A stretch of DNA of 62,723 bases, counting the filler, from Actinomycetota bacterium (GTDB lineage Bacteria; Actinomycetota; Acidimicrobiia; IMCC26256; VFJJ01): assembly GCA_009886115.1 (NCBI GenBank). It is 3 parts of 3 records of this genome, joined end to end, with 100 filler letters (N's around TTAATTAATTAA, not from the genome) between each part and the next. Parts side by side here need not be neighbours in the genome. Positions count along the whole stretch, not along the records: positions 1 to 19,766 come from VFJJ01000045.1; 2 more parts are not named here. One strand, given 5' to 3'. Below the pieces are notes generated by a model. That model saw nothing but the letters and a program-made list of their open reading frames with translations, was not told the DNA's origin and made no database searches. Of the stretch, positions 8,847 through 19,865 are shown in pieces. The number at the start of each line of letters is the position of its first letter. Position 1 is the stretch's first letter. A program made the translations under genes and the position numbers.

Positions 8847-10499
8847 TCAGCGGGTGATCGCAGCGACCGGAGCCGTCGCCAGGGCCCCGAAGAAGCCATG
8901 GTCTCCGTAGGCGAAGACTCCGCCGTCGCTGGCAACGAGGGCGTAGCCGTCTCCGGTGGGCGAGACCTGCATTCCAACGACCGGTTGGTTGAGGGTGATG
9001 GCTCCCGTGCTGCCGTAGAACACGGCATCGCCGTATGAGAACACGCCCCCGTCACTCGCCACGAGCCAGTAGCCGTTCCCGGTCGGGGTGGTGGCCATGC
9101 CCACGATGGGCTTGTTGAGGGTGATGGCTCCCGTGCTGCCGTAGAACACGGCATCGCCGAACGAGAACACGCCCCCGTCACTCGCCACGAGCCAGTAGCC
9201 GTTCCCGGTGACCGTGGCGGCCATCCCGACGATCGGCAGGTTCAGCGTGACGCTGGCCAGTGAGCCCAAGGTGGCCGAGGCATCGCCGTGGGCGAACACC
9301 AAGCCGGTGGAGGTGACCAACCAGTAGCCCCGCCCCGTGGGCGTCGGGGCCATCCCGACGAAGGTGCTCGTCGTCGCGGTGCGGCTGTTGCCGAACAGGC
9401 GCGCATCGCCGAAGGCCACGACCCCGCCGTCGGCTGTGGCGATCCAGTAGCCCCCCAACGTCGGCGACGCCTCGACATCGACCGCATTGGCAGTCAACCG
9501 AACGGCGCCGGTCGGGGCGATCGACGCTGCGCCCACGCCACCGCCCGCGGCCGGAGCGGCGGAGATGGTGAAGATGTCGGTGGTCCCGAAGCCCTTGACC
9601 TCACCGGTGGCCGAGGCCATCCGATACTGCAGGTTCGACCTCGACAGCTGACCCCGGAGCGCGCCCGACGGGAACGCCACGTTGTGCACGTTGACGTAGA
9701 ACCCACTGGGATTCGCAGCAATCTGATCGGCGAGCTCGTTGGTGACCGCCGTGCACGCCGTGGCCCGACCGTCCGCGCCCGGCGTCGGGAGCGTCATGAC
9801 CACCGCGCCGTTGACCCCGAATGCCGCCTGGTGGATGTGGGCCGCCGCCGCCGCTTCGATGCGCTGCACCCGGAGCTCGGCGCAGACCGTGTCGATCTCG
9901 GGGTGAACGGTGATGATCGCCAGGCCCGACCCGTCGGGATCGCCCTTGCGGAACGCTCCCGCAGCGTCGACCTCGCTGGCCCCGTTGAGGATCGTGCCCA
10001 TCGGACGTTCGCCCCGGCTGAGCTGACCCCGGAGTGCGCCATTCGGGAAGGCCGCATTGTGGACGTTCACGTAGAAGCCTGCCGGGTTGCTGACGATGCT
10101 CGTGACGAGCGCAGCGTCGACGCCCACGCAACTCGACGAGGTGGGTGTGGGGGCCGTGAGACCCACCACAACCGGACCGTTCCGGCCGACCGGGGCCTGG
10201 TGGATGTGCGCCGCCGTCGCCGGATCGATGCCCGATACCGTGAGGTCGAAGCACACCTGGTTCAGCCGGCGGTCGATCGTCACGACCGCAGTGCCCTCAC
10301 CGTCGAGGTCCCCCTGGTCGACGACACCGTTGACGTCGACCTCGGCCTCTCCCGTCAGCACCGCGGCCAAGGGCCGACCATCATCGAGTGCAGCAGCGGG
10401 CAGTGCCGCTCGGACCGGGAGCGCGAACATGAAGCTGGAGACGGTGGTCGCGAGAGCGATGACTGCGCTCGCGGCCAGCTTCCGACGGATGGGTCTCAT
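8847..10499 (-). CDS. Secreted tandem CHRD-domain protein with C-terminal GYWLVASDGGVF repeats
   Basis: Signal peptide; two AAHIH...NP(A/S)GFYVNVHN...FPxGALRGQL domains; about five GYW..DGGVF/GDA repeats. Confidence 0.85.
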   Translation of the reverse strand: MRPIRRKLAASAVIALATTVSSFMFALPVRAALPAAALDDGRPLAAVLTGEAEVDVNGVVDQGDLDGEGTAVVTIDRRLNQVCFDLTVSGIDPATAAHIHQAPVGRNGPVVVGLTAPTPTSSSCVGVDAALVTSIVSNPAGFYVNVHNAAFPNGALRGQLSRGERPMGTILNGASEVDAAGAFRKGDPDGSGLAIITVHPEIDTVCAELRVQRIEAAAAAHIHQAAFGVNGAVVMTLPTPGADGRATACTAVTNELADQIAANPSGFYVNVHNVAFPSGALRGQLSRSNLQYRMASATGEVKGFGTTDIFTISAAPAAGGGVGAASIAPTGAVRLTANAVDVEASPTLGGYWIATADGGVVAFGDARLFGNSRTATTSTFVGMAPTPTGRGYWLVTSTGLVFAHGDASATLGSLASVTLNLPIVGMAATVTGNGYWLVASDGGVFSFGDAVFYGSTGAITLNKPIVGMATTPTGNGYWLVASDGGVFSYGDAVFYGSTGAITLNQPVVGMQVSPTGDGYALVASDGGVFAYGDHGFFGALATAPVAAITR

Positions 10500-10695
10500 T
10501 GCTACCTCCTGTATCGGTGACCGATCTCGAGGCCACTCGGGCACGACGAGCGGACGACCATATATGACCGAATTGCTGTCGCGAGCGGGACATTACCCGT
10601 TCCAAAGCCTGCCCAACCGTCGGGGTTTGCACCGCCACAACGCATGGTGACCACTCCACCACGTCACGAGAAGAAAGGGTGGCGACGGGCTCGGG

Positions 10696-11751
10696 CTACA
10701 TCGCCAACGGGGGATAGAAGGTCTCGGCGCCGATGACGGCGACCTCGCTCAGGAGGTCTCGTGGGTACACCGGACCCCAGGCCGGATCGACGATGCTCGA
10801 CGCGTCGCGCAGGTAGCTCCAGTTCTCAGGGTCGAGACGATGGGCCTCGAGGAAGTGCGCAACGGCGTCGCGTCCGAACCCGGCGCGGTGCAGATGCTGG
10901 CCCAGGTCGAAGTGGGCTGCTGCGAGTGCGAACTCGACGGGGCGGGGCCGTGACCGGGCCACGACCTCGTCGGCGGTGAGCACCCACGAGCTGGCGCTGC
11001 CGTGCGCCACCCAGTCGCGTACCGCGGCCGTGTAACGGTCGGTGCCCGTGACGTTGGCCATCATGTCCCGCAGCACCCGGCGCTGCTCGGGCGGCAGCGT
11101 GGCTGCGAACGACTCCATCTGGGCCGACCCGGTGTCGTCGCGCGGCGAGAAGGCGACCTCGGCCGGCCTCACGATCATGCCCCCCTCGTCGATCCACAAT
11201 CCGAAGGGAACATTGGTGATCCCGAACATGTCGACCATCGTCAACCCCGGGTCTACGAGCGAGGGATGCGACGGCGCTGCCGCCTCGATGAAGGGCCGAG
11301 CCGCTTCGATGTCGGTGTCGAGTGCAACGGTCACGATCTCGAACCCGACCGGGCTCAACTCTTCACGCAGTGCCTGCCACACGGGCAGGTCGAATCGACA
11401 TCCTCACCAGGAGGCCCAGGCGAGAAGCAGCACCTTGCGTCCGCGGAGGCTTGCCACGTCGAACACGTTCCCCGAGAGATCGGGGAACGCCAGGTCGGGC
11501 ATCAGGGCGCTGTCGAGCACCCGCCCCCCGGCCTCGGGACCCACGGCCCACAGCCGGTGGGTCGTGTCGTGGGCGACGGGCATCGCGAGACGGTCGGCCA
11601 AGGCGACGAGGTCGTACCGTCCGTCGGCGTCGGGCTCGAGGCCGTCCAGGGGAACACACCGGTCGACGCGGCAGAGTCCGTCAGGCTCGATCGTCCAGCC
11701 CGTCGCGTCGTGGAACTCCTGCGCCGTCACATCGGGTCGGTCGAGAATCAT
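10696..11751 (-). CDS. Probable selenoprotein: ResA/peroxiredoxin-like thioredoxin fold with WASW-U-GC motif (TGA at 11404-11406)
   Basis: ORFs 11404..11808 and 10696..11382 are in the same frame. Read-through gives LRGRKVLLLAWASW(U)GCRFDLPVWQALREEL...IVTVALD...TNVP...WIDEGG, a complete Trx fold. Confidence 0.8.
11373..11389 (-). promoter_or_regulatory. Candidate bacterial SECIS hairpin
   Basis: CCUGCC-CGUGU-GGCAGG starting 14 nt after the UGA; G in the second loop position. Confidence 0.6.
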
Positions 11752-11804
11752 GGGCCACCCTAGATCGATCGACGATTCGTGGGCAGGCGCCGATCGGCGA
11801 CCCG

Positions 11805-13256
11805 TCACCCTGCGGGCTCACCGGGGCGCCATTCGGGGCGATCGTCGCCGTACCCCGCGACCGGAGCGGGCCAGGCGAGGGGCACGTCACCGATCCTCCC
11901 TGGAGGCCGCACCGCAGTGACCCGTCCGGGCATCCCGTCGAGCTCGACGAGCCACGGGGTCGGATCGGTCTCGGCGACGGGTTCATCGACAGCGGCGGGG
12001 TGCGTGGACGTCGTCATGAGCCACCAGGCCGTCCGGGCCAACGACACCCGGCGGATGTGGGTGCCCCCGTCGGCCCGTTGACGCCGGAGCCCGTCGAACA
12101 CGGCGGCTGCGGCGAGGTACCCGGTGCCGTGATCGAGGAGCTGGCATGGCAGCGCGCCGGGGATGTCGCTTCCCGGTTCGGCCTCGCTGCGAGCGATACC
12201 GGTCGGAGCCTGGACGACGCTGTCGAAGCCGCGCCGCCCCGACCACGGTCCCGAATGCCCCCAGGCGTCGAGGTACACGACGACCAGACCCGGATGGCGC
12301 TGCGCGAGCGAGCGGGGGTCGAAGCCGAAGCGGTCGAGCGAGCCGGGCCGATATCCACAGACGACCACATCGGCGCCCGCGAGGAGACGCTCGAGCGACC
12401 CGGCCCCGTCGACGGTACGCGCGTCGATGATCGCGCTGCGCTTGCCGAGCAGGCTGTCGGCGCTCTGACCCCGGGGAAGATCGGGATGGCTCGGCGGGTC
12501 GATCCGAACCACGTCGGCGCCCATCGCACCGAGGTAGCGCGTGCAGACCGGTCCGGCGATCACGCGGGTGAGATCGAGCACCCGGATCCCCGCGGCCGCC
12601 TGAACCCCAGACCCACCGGCGCTCGAGTCGAGTCGGGTCCGCGGCGGAGCGTCACCGATGCGCTCGTGCCCGATCAGAGGATCGGCGGCCACGGCCCGGC
12701 CCTGCGGATGGGATCGCCAGGCGTCGAAGGTGCGCACCGCGCAGGCGACCCCACCCGCCGCGAACACCGCCTCCTCGGTCTCCAGCGCGCTCCGCTCGGC
12801 CAACGCGGCCCCGACGGCGTCGGCGTCGTTGGCGGTCCCCAACACGCTCAACAGGGCATCCCGGTGCCACGGGTAGTTGGCGTGGGTGCGCACCCAGCCA
12901 TCGCCGGTGACCCAGAACCTCGACAGAGGCGCAAACCCCGTCGTTCCTTGCGACGTCGCCGTCGGCGCGTTGGAGCGGCCCTCCGAACGGAACCAACGCT
13001 CGCTCTGGACCGCGGTGGCGACGTGGCCCCGATCGACGCTCACAGGCGCCACCGCGCTCGTGGGCCCGCCGCTCGACGCGCAGGCCGAGCGTGCCGCCAA
13101 CAGCGCCGTCGCCACACACGCGAGCGCTACCTGCTCGGCCGGGAGGCGCGAGTGGAGCTGACCCGCCGTCCCGGTGATCTCGATCGCCCCGGGAGGTAGG
13201 GCCGGCGGCGATCCGGCCATCAACGCCGTCCACGCCTCGAGCACCAACTCGACCAC
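11805..13256 (-). CDS. CoA-transferase family III (CaiB/BaiF-like); start uncertain
   Basis: GIRVLDLTRVIAGP, GADVVRID, ADVVVCGYRPG and RRGFDSVVQA. Confidence 0.85.
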   Translation of the reverse strand: MVELVLEAWTALMAGSPPALPPGAIEITGTAGQLHSRLPAEQVALACVATALLAARSACASSGGPTSAVAPVSVDRGHVATAVQSERWFRSEGRSNAPTATSQGTTGFAPLSRFWVTGDGWVRTHANYPWHRDALLSVLGTANDADAVGAALAERSALETEEAVFAAGGVACAVRTFDAWRSHPQGRAVAADPLIGHERIGDAPPRTRLDSSAGGSGVQAAAGIRVLDLTRVIAGPVCTRYLGAMGADVVRIDPPSHPDLPRGQSADSLLGKRSAIIDARTVDGAGSLERLLAGADVVVCGYRPGSLDRFGFDPRSLAQRHPGLVVVYLDAWGHSGPWSGRRGFDSVVQAPTGIARSEAEPGSDIPGALPCQLLDHGTGYLAAAAVFDGLRRQRADGGTHIRRVSLARTAWWLMTTSTHPAAVDEPVAETDPTPWLVELDGMPGRVTAVRPPGRIGDVPLAWPAPVAGYGDDRPEWRPGEPAG

Positions 13257-13367
13257 CGGCTGCGGTGTCGCCCCGTCCGCTCCCGCCACCCGACGATCAT
13301 CGCGCACCAGCGTGACCAGCGTGGCCAGCGTGGCCTCGGTGGTCGGATGCTGGGGTACCGTGGCGCC

Positions 13368-13976
13368 ATGCGGCTCCCCCACCTGCATCCCGACGAGCTC
13401 GACGCCGAGCAGCGTGCCCTCTATGACGTGCTGACGAGCGGCCCGCGCCGCCAGGCTCACAGCGCGCTCGACCCGGCGCTGCAACTCACCGACGCCGAGG
13501 GCCGCCTCCAGGGCCCGTTCAACACCTTCCTCGTGCACCCCCGCCTGGGCATGGCGTTACAGGAGATCAGCCGTCTGTTGCGCTTCGACGGCCTGCTCGG
13601 TGCCCGGGTTCGCGAGATCGTGATCCTCATCGTCGCCGCGTCCCAGCGCAGCAACTTCGAGTGGGCCGCGCACGAGGCCATCGCCCGCTCGATCGGCGTG
13701 ACCGATGCCGAGATCGCAGCCCTGGCCCGGGAGGAACCCATCAGCTTCGTCGACCCCGCAGAGCACGCCGCGGCCCGTCTCGCTCGGTCCCTGGTGACCT
13801 CCGGCGACGTCGACGACGAGCTCTACGCGCAAGCCCAAGCGGCACTTGGCGACGCGGGCCTCTTCGAGGTGTCCACGGTCGTCGGCATCTACCGGCTCGT
13901 GGCCACGCAGCTCGCGACGTTCAGGATCGCCGCTCCGCCGGGACCGTGGGACGGCCCTTCCGTCACTCGTCCCTGA
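13368..13976 (+). CDS. Carboxymuconolactone decarboxylase/AhpD-like protein
   Basis: GPFNTFLVHP, REIVIL and FEWAAHEAIA; TACCGT 6 nt before the ATG. Confidence 0.8.
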   Translation: MRLPHLHPDELDAEQRALYDVLTSGPRRQAHSALDPALQLTDAEGRLQGPFNTFLVHPRLGMALQEISRLLRFDGLLGARVREIVILIVAASQRSNFEWAAHEAIARSIGVTDAEIAALAREEPISFVDPAEHAAARLARSLVTSGDVDDELYAQAQAALGDAGLFEVSTVVGIYRLVATQLATFRIAAPPGPWDGPSVTRP

Positions 13977-14065
13977 GTGACGGCCGCGCTCGCTCGGCGA
14001 GGAGTCCAGGGCTCCTCGGGCTGGGGCGAAGCCTCGCTCGTCCCCGCTAACCCAGGGGGAAGCAA

Positions 14066-17000
14066 CTAGTCCGCGATCACCACGATGTCGGTCGCTGTCC
14101 TTCCGAAGGTCTCGGGGGCGTAGATCTCCTCGGCCCGGCTCGGCGGGACGACGAACGTACCGGGGGTCGTGGCCCGAGCCACGTACGTGTAGTCGTACGC
14201 GCCCGCGGGCAACAGCGTCGCGATCGCCTCGGCGCGGTCGTCTCGCAGGTTCTGGTGCTCGAACCATGTGGGCCAGCACCACCACTCGCAATACGGACGG
14301 ATACCGTCCCCCTCGCTGAAGCCCGGGTCGGCGGCCGGATCGTCGGGGATCTCGGGGGTGGTGGCCAGTGCCGGGTTGAGGATCTCGAGCCCGGCGGGCA
14401 GCGGATCGATCAGGGCCACGTGCGTGCGCTGGCTCTCGGCGACCATCCTGAGGCGCACCCGAACGCTGACTCCGGCCTTTATTCGCCAGGTTCCGTCGGC
14501 ATCACGGGTGACGTCGCCAGGATCGTCGACGGCCTCGTAGGTGCGTTCGACGACGAACCCGCGATCGAGAGCGTCGAGGCGGAGGTCGTCGGGCGCGTAG
14601 CGCAGGCCCAACCGGTAATACAGACGCCCCGTCCCCTCGTGGCCGACCACGATGTCGTTGTCGCCACTGGCGATCAGGGTCGCGGTGGGGACGCTGATGC
14701 GGGCCCGGTCGGTCGAGCGTCCGACGAAGATGTGCTCGCCGGCGAAGGTCTCGCCAAGCCAGACCCGGGCGACGAAGTCGGGGGTCTGCGCCTCGAAGGT
14801 GTCGAAATAGCCCTTGAGCGCCAGGAGGATGAACACGTTCTCCTGGATGTTGTCCCAGCGTCCCCGGGTCTGGTTTCCCAACAACCCCGCCACGATCTTC
14901 GGGATCAGATCGCTCTGGGGCCGCTCGGAGATGAGCGCCGCGAGCGCGAGCCCGTCGGTGCGGCGGTCGGAGCGGAGGATCACGTAGTCGTCGTCGGTCA
15001 CCTCGGTGGTGAAGTTGGCGGCCGCCGCGGTCTCGACGGCCCGGTTGTCGAAGATCCGGCCGATCGCCCGGTCGATCGCAGCGTCGTCGATGACGGGCCA
15101 GAGCCAGGCGATGGCGTCGAGCGCGAGCTCCTCACCCCGGTCGTCCCACAGCGCCCGGGCCTTCTCGACATCTCGGTCGCCGGCGAGCATCCGCACGTGG
15201 AGCGCATATGCGCTCAAGGTGTCGCGAGCCTCCCGGCCGTACTCCGGCGGGACATGGCTCTCGATGTCGGCGATGTAGCCGAGAGCCGTGGCGATCGTCT
15301 GCTCAGTGACGTCGAAGCCGCCGCCGCGGGCGAGCGCCAACGCATGGGTGGCCTGGATCGACTGGTACGGCTCGGAGTGACGGTCGCGGGCCCACGACGG
15401 GAACCCTCCGTCGGGGTTTTGCAGCCCGACGAGGCCGGTGATGTCGGCGTTGACGGCCGCGTCGAGCTCGGCGGGGCTGGGCAGACCTTCGGCGTCGAAG
15501 GCCTCGAGGACGTCGCGCAGCGCGACGATCGACATGATCCGCGACGCCCGCGCGTCGGCACTGTCGTAGGGGTACTCGGCGATGTAGAGCATGGCGTCGG
15601 TGAGCGCCTGCAACGCCGTCGACGACGTGGTGACCTCGAGCCCTCCGAACTGGGGGACGACGCCGGTGGGTGCCAGCAACGGTTGGATGGTCGCGCCGCC
15701 GTCGAGCACGCCGTAGGTGGCGAACACCTCGGCCGTGGCCGGCGTGTAGACGGGGAGCTCGATCACGGTGGCGTCGGCGGCGCCGATGGCGGCGGAGGTG
15801 CCGGCGCTCACGGCGGCGACACGAAAGCGCGCCGTGCCGGCGTGATCGGTCGTGACGGGGAAGCGCACCTCGACGCGGTCGTTGGCCGGCACGCTCACCC
15901 GCTTTCCCGCCGGGCCGTCGAGGGTGAGGTTCGAGGTCTGGATCGCGACGTCGACCTCCATCACCGCATCGGTCTGGTTCTGCACCACGACGGGGAGCTC
16001 GAAGCGGTCGCCGAAGTTGGCGAATCGGGGCGCCGACGGTCGCACCATGAGCGGCAGCCGGGCCGTGATGTTGGCCTCGGCCGATCCGAACCGGTCGGCG
16101 CCCGCCACCGCCACCGCGATCACGCGATACCGGGTGAGGTTGTCGGGCAGCGGCACATCGACGCTCACGGCACCCGCGGCGTCGGTCACGAGGCTGGGCT
16201 CGAACACGGCCAACGCATCGAAGTCCGACCGCTCCCCGATGGGTGTCGTGGTGGTCGCCTGCCCTGTTTCGCTGTCGACGTCGAACCGAGCGGGCTCTCG
16301 GGCGGCCTCGCCGGTGAGAGCCCCGTCCGCGGTAGGAGCCGGGGCTCCTTCGGCGGCAACTCTGGTCGTCGCGCTGGCCCCGGCGCTCTGGTCGCCGCCA
16401 CTGGCGCCGGTCGCGTCGTCGGCGAAGAGCGATGCCGGGTCGACGAGCACGATGCTCTGGCGGCCGTACGTGGCCTGGATGTAGGTCCCGAGCTGGCCGT
16501 AGAAGACCGCCAGCGGGTCGGTCACCTCGTAGCCGCTCAGGGCCAGCACGGCCTCGTCGACCACCATCACCGCCACCTCGGCCCCGGCGACGGGCGCGCC
16601 GGCGGCGTTGACGACCGTCACGTCGACCCCGGTCGTGGTGCCGGGCTCGACGGCGTCGGCCCGGGGGACGGCCGTCACGGTCAGCACCCGTGTCGCCGTC
16701 GAGATCGGCAGCGCGATCTGCCCGGTGGCGAAGGCCGGACGGGGCGCCACGTCGGGCAGCGGCGTTCCGTCGTCGGCCGTCCTCGGTGAGGTGCCGACCA
16801 CCTCGAACGACACGGCGATGCCAGGGATCTGGCGGTCGGTGATCGCGATCTCGACCACGGCCGAGCCGTCGACGACCTCGAAGGTCTGGGTCGAGTCGAT
16901 GCCGTTGCGGGTGATCGTCGCCAGCCCGTGGCCCGAGAACGGTGACTGCACGAGCAGCTCGGCGGTGTCGCCGGGCCCGTACTCGGCCGCGTCGGGCACG

Positions 17001-19766
17001 ATCGTGAGCGACTCCTGCTCGATGGTGCGGCTGGGGCGGCCGTCGCCGCCGGTGACCCAGCGGGTGAGCTCGCTGCGACTGGCCCCGCCGTCGTCGTCGG
17101 CGATGGTCGAGCTGATCGTGTACGTCCCGCCGACGGTGGTCGTGAAGCTGCACGTGACCGGCTCGGTGGCCGAGGTCACGGTGCAGTCCTCGGCTTCGGC
17201 GGGCTGCTCGCTCCACTGACCGTCCTCGTAGGCCCATTCGAGGCGCTCGGCGGTGATCGTCAACGCCCGTCCGGCGACGACGGCACCGTCGATGTCGGTG
17301 ACGATCGCCTCGATGTCGAGCGGATCGCCTTCGCGTACGAACGTCCGGGTGCCCCGCAGGCCCACGTAGAGCTGGCCCGGGTGCACGAGCACGCTCGTGC
17401 GCGACGCCAGCACCTGGCGGTTCACGTCGGTGACGCTGGCCTCGGCGGTGACGGTCACCGGCAGGTCGGGCAACGTGCCCTCGGGCCCGACGAAGTCGAT
17501 CTGGAGATAGTGGCTGCCGGCCGCGTCGGTCGTCCCGCTGTAGACCTCGACATCGACCGGGTCTTGGCCGAACGGCCCGAAGCAGCAGCTCTCGTCGATG
17601 AAGACGTCGCCACCGAAGCCGCCGTCGAACCCGAAGCCGTAGGGGTCGTACGCGATCCACCACGGCGTCCACTCGCCGAAGGAGAACTCGTCCCATCCGG
17701 GTGGCGCGTACGTGGCATCGGCGGTGGTGACCCGCCAGTCGACGGGCGCGGCGCCAAGTGGGCCACCGGCGTAGTAGTTGGCGTCGGCCGCGACCGTGGC
17801 CGGGTGCGAGCTCACGTACGGCCCCGGGCTCTCGTGGCGGGCCACGACCTCGAACTCGGGACGGCGGAACTCCTGGATATCGAAGAAGTGCTGCGTCGCG
17901 GCGAACGAGATACCGCCCACTCCCTGCAGGGTGAGCTCGACGAACGCCCGACCCAGGTTGGCCTCGACAGGCACGTCGATCCGAAAGTCGAAGCCGCCCA
18001 GGGGACTCAGCTGGGCCGACCCGGTCGCGATCTCGTTGCCCTGCGGATCGCGCACGAGATAGTCGACGGTGGCTCTGTCGTCGAGAAGCTGGAGCTGGGC
18101 GTCGCCGCTCGAGGTGAGCCGCCGCACGACGCCCTTCACCGACACGGTCTCGCCCGGCCGGTAGACCTGGCGGTCGTCGATCACGTACCACACCGCGGTG
18201 TCGTCGACCGGGAAGCCCGACCACTCGGAGCCGTAGAAGCCCGGCGTCAGCAGCGCGGTGTCGTCGCCACGAGTCGCGACCAGCGCGCTCACGCCGTTCG
18301 CTCCCAGTTCGAGGGTCGCCACGCCTTCGCCATCGGTCGTGACCACCTGGTCGACTTGGCCGCTGCCGGTGGCGGTGATGGCGACCCCCGGGATGGGCGC
18401 GCCCGTCGTGAGATCGGTCGCCCAGGCGAACAGCTCGTCGTCGTCGGAGAAGGCATCGAGGCCGATGTCGGTGGCCTGCACCCACGTCACGGTGGGCCGG
18501 TTCTGCCAGAACTCGTTGCTGTTCGGGTTGTAGGTCTCAGTCGCCTCCACCCGAACGACGACATGCCCGAGACCGTCGTCTCCGAGCGCATCGGCGAGAT
18601 CGATGAGGGTCTCCGAGAGCCGGTCGGGGTCGTCGCCGGTGTCGAGTGTGGTGTCGGCCAGCTCGGGCCAAGCCGGCACCGGGGCCTCGTTCTCGGGATC
18701 CGACGTCGTGTCGATGAAGTACTGGAGGTAGTCGTCCCAGTCGTCGGGCTCGACGGCGAACACCTGTGCCCGCAGGTCGTCGTGGCCGATCGAGCGGACC
18801 GAGAGGGTCTGGCCCTCGGCGAGCGGGTCGAGCGTGGTCAGCGGCTGGGAGAACGGATGCAAGATCGGCACAGCCGGGCCGATCTCGACGGTGTCGGAGT
18901 CGTCCGCGGCCAGGCCCTGCCCGTAGATGTCGACGATGCCGGCCGGGACGGTGACCGTGTAGGTGGTGCGGGCTTCGGTGACCCCGCCGATCTCGACGAC
19001 GTCGCCGTAAACGTTCCTGAACGCTCCGCGCAGCTCCGGCTCGATCCGGACAGTTTCCGGGTCGAGCTGGTCGAGGTCGAGCGGGTTGTTGAACCTGACG
19101 GTGATCGTCGTGCCCGGCGGGCACTCCGGGCCGTACCCGCAGTCGGTCGCGACCACCCGTAGCGGCGCGTACGTGCGGTTGCGCACGACCGTCGGCTCGA
19201 TGGTCGTTCGGGGGCCTTCGGCCGAGGGCGTGCCCGCCTCGATCTCGACGGTGACGGCACTGTCGGCCGGCAGCGGCTCGACCGGACGGAACGCGATCCA
19301 CCGATCGTCACGGAGTGAGCCCAGGCTGCCGAGCAGTTGCCCGACGGTGTCGTCGGCCTCGATCTCGGCCTCGGTCGCCAGCCTCACGGCTCGTTGCTCG
19401 CCGCCACCATCGGCGCCCACGCGCAGCACGATGTGGGCGAGTACGGCCTCGGCATCGACGATCTGGTCGAAGATGGCCACGAACACGGGCTCGAGGGGGA
19501 GGGTCGAGTCAGCGGGCACGAACGCCTGCACCGTCACCGGCGGGGTGGCGAAGCTGAACGTCACGTCGTCGGCCAACGTGCCCCCGGTCGCCGACTCGGT
19601 GCCGGCGGGGATCGTGACCGTGTACTCGGTGGACATCGGGAGGCGGTCGGGTGGCGGGGCCGCGGCGTCACCCGAGAGCGGTTGGCCGTCGACGTCGACG
19701 AAGGCGTCGAATCGAAGGGTGCGGGTCCCGATCCACTGCCAGCGCCCGGGAACGTCGGGGGTGATC
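14066..19766 (-). CDS. Bacterial alpha-2-macroglobulin family protein (5' end lost in assembly gap)
   Basis: Ig-like domains, DRQVYRPGETV, VMVVDEAVL, LPDNLTRYRV, QNPDGGF, DPLPAGLE and EEIYAPE; frame is open into the gap. Confidence 0.9.
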
Positions 19767-19865
19767 NNNNNNNNNNNNNNNNNNNNNNNNNNNNNNNNNN
19801 NNNNNNNNNNTTAATTAATTAANNNNNNNNNNNNNNNNNNNNNNNNNNNNNNNNNNNNNNNNNNN
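19767..19865. other. Assembly gap/contig linker
   Basis: N runs flanking TTAATTAATTAA (stops in all six frames). Confidence 0.95.

Noticed and set aside
14255..19162. Long alternative-frame and antisense ORFs (e.g. 14255..16789, 15303..18485, 35212..38175, 37254..39971)
   Set aside because: Arg/Gly/Pro-rich shadow ORFs overlapping well-supported genes, as expected at high GC.
19767..19865. TTAATTAATTAA palindrome within N runs (also 45788-45887)
   Set aside because: Artificial six-frame-stop contig linker; not biological, and gene order across it is unreliable.
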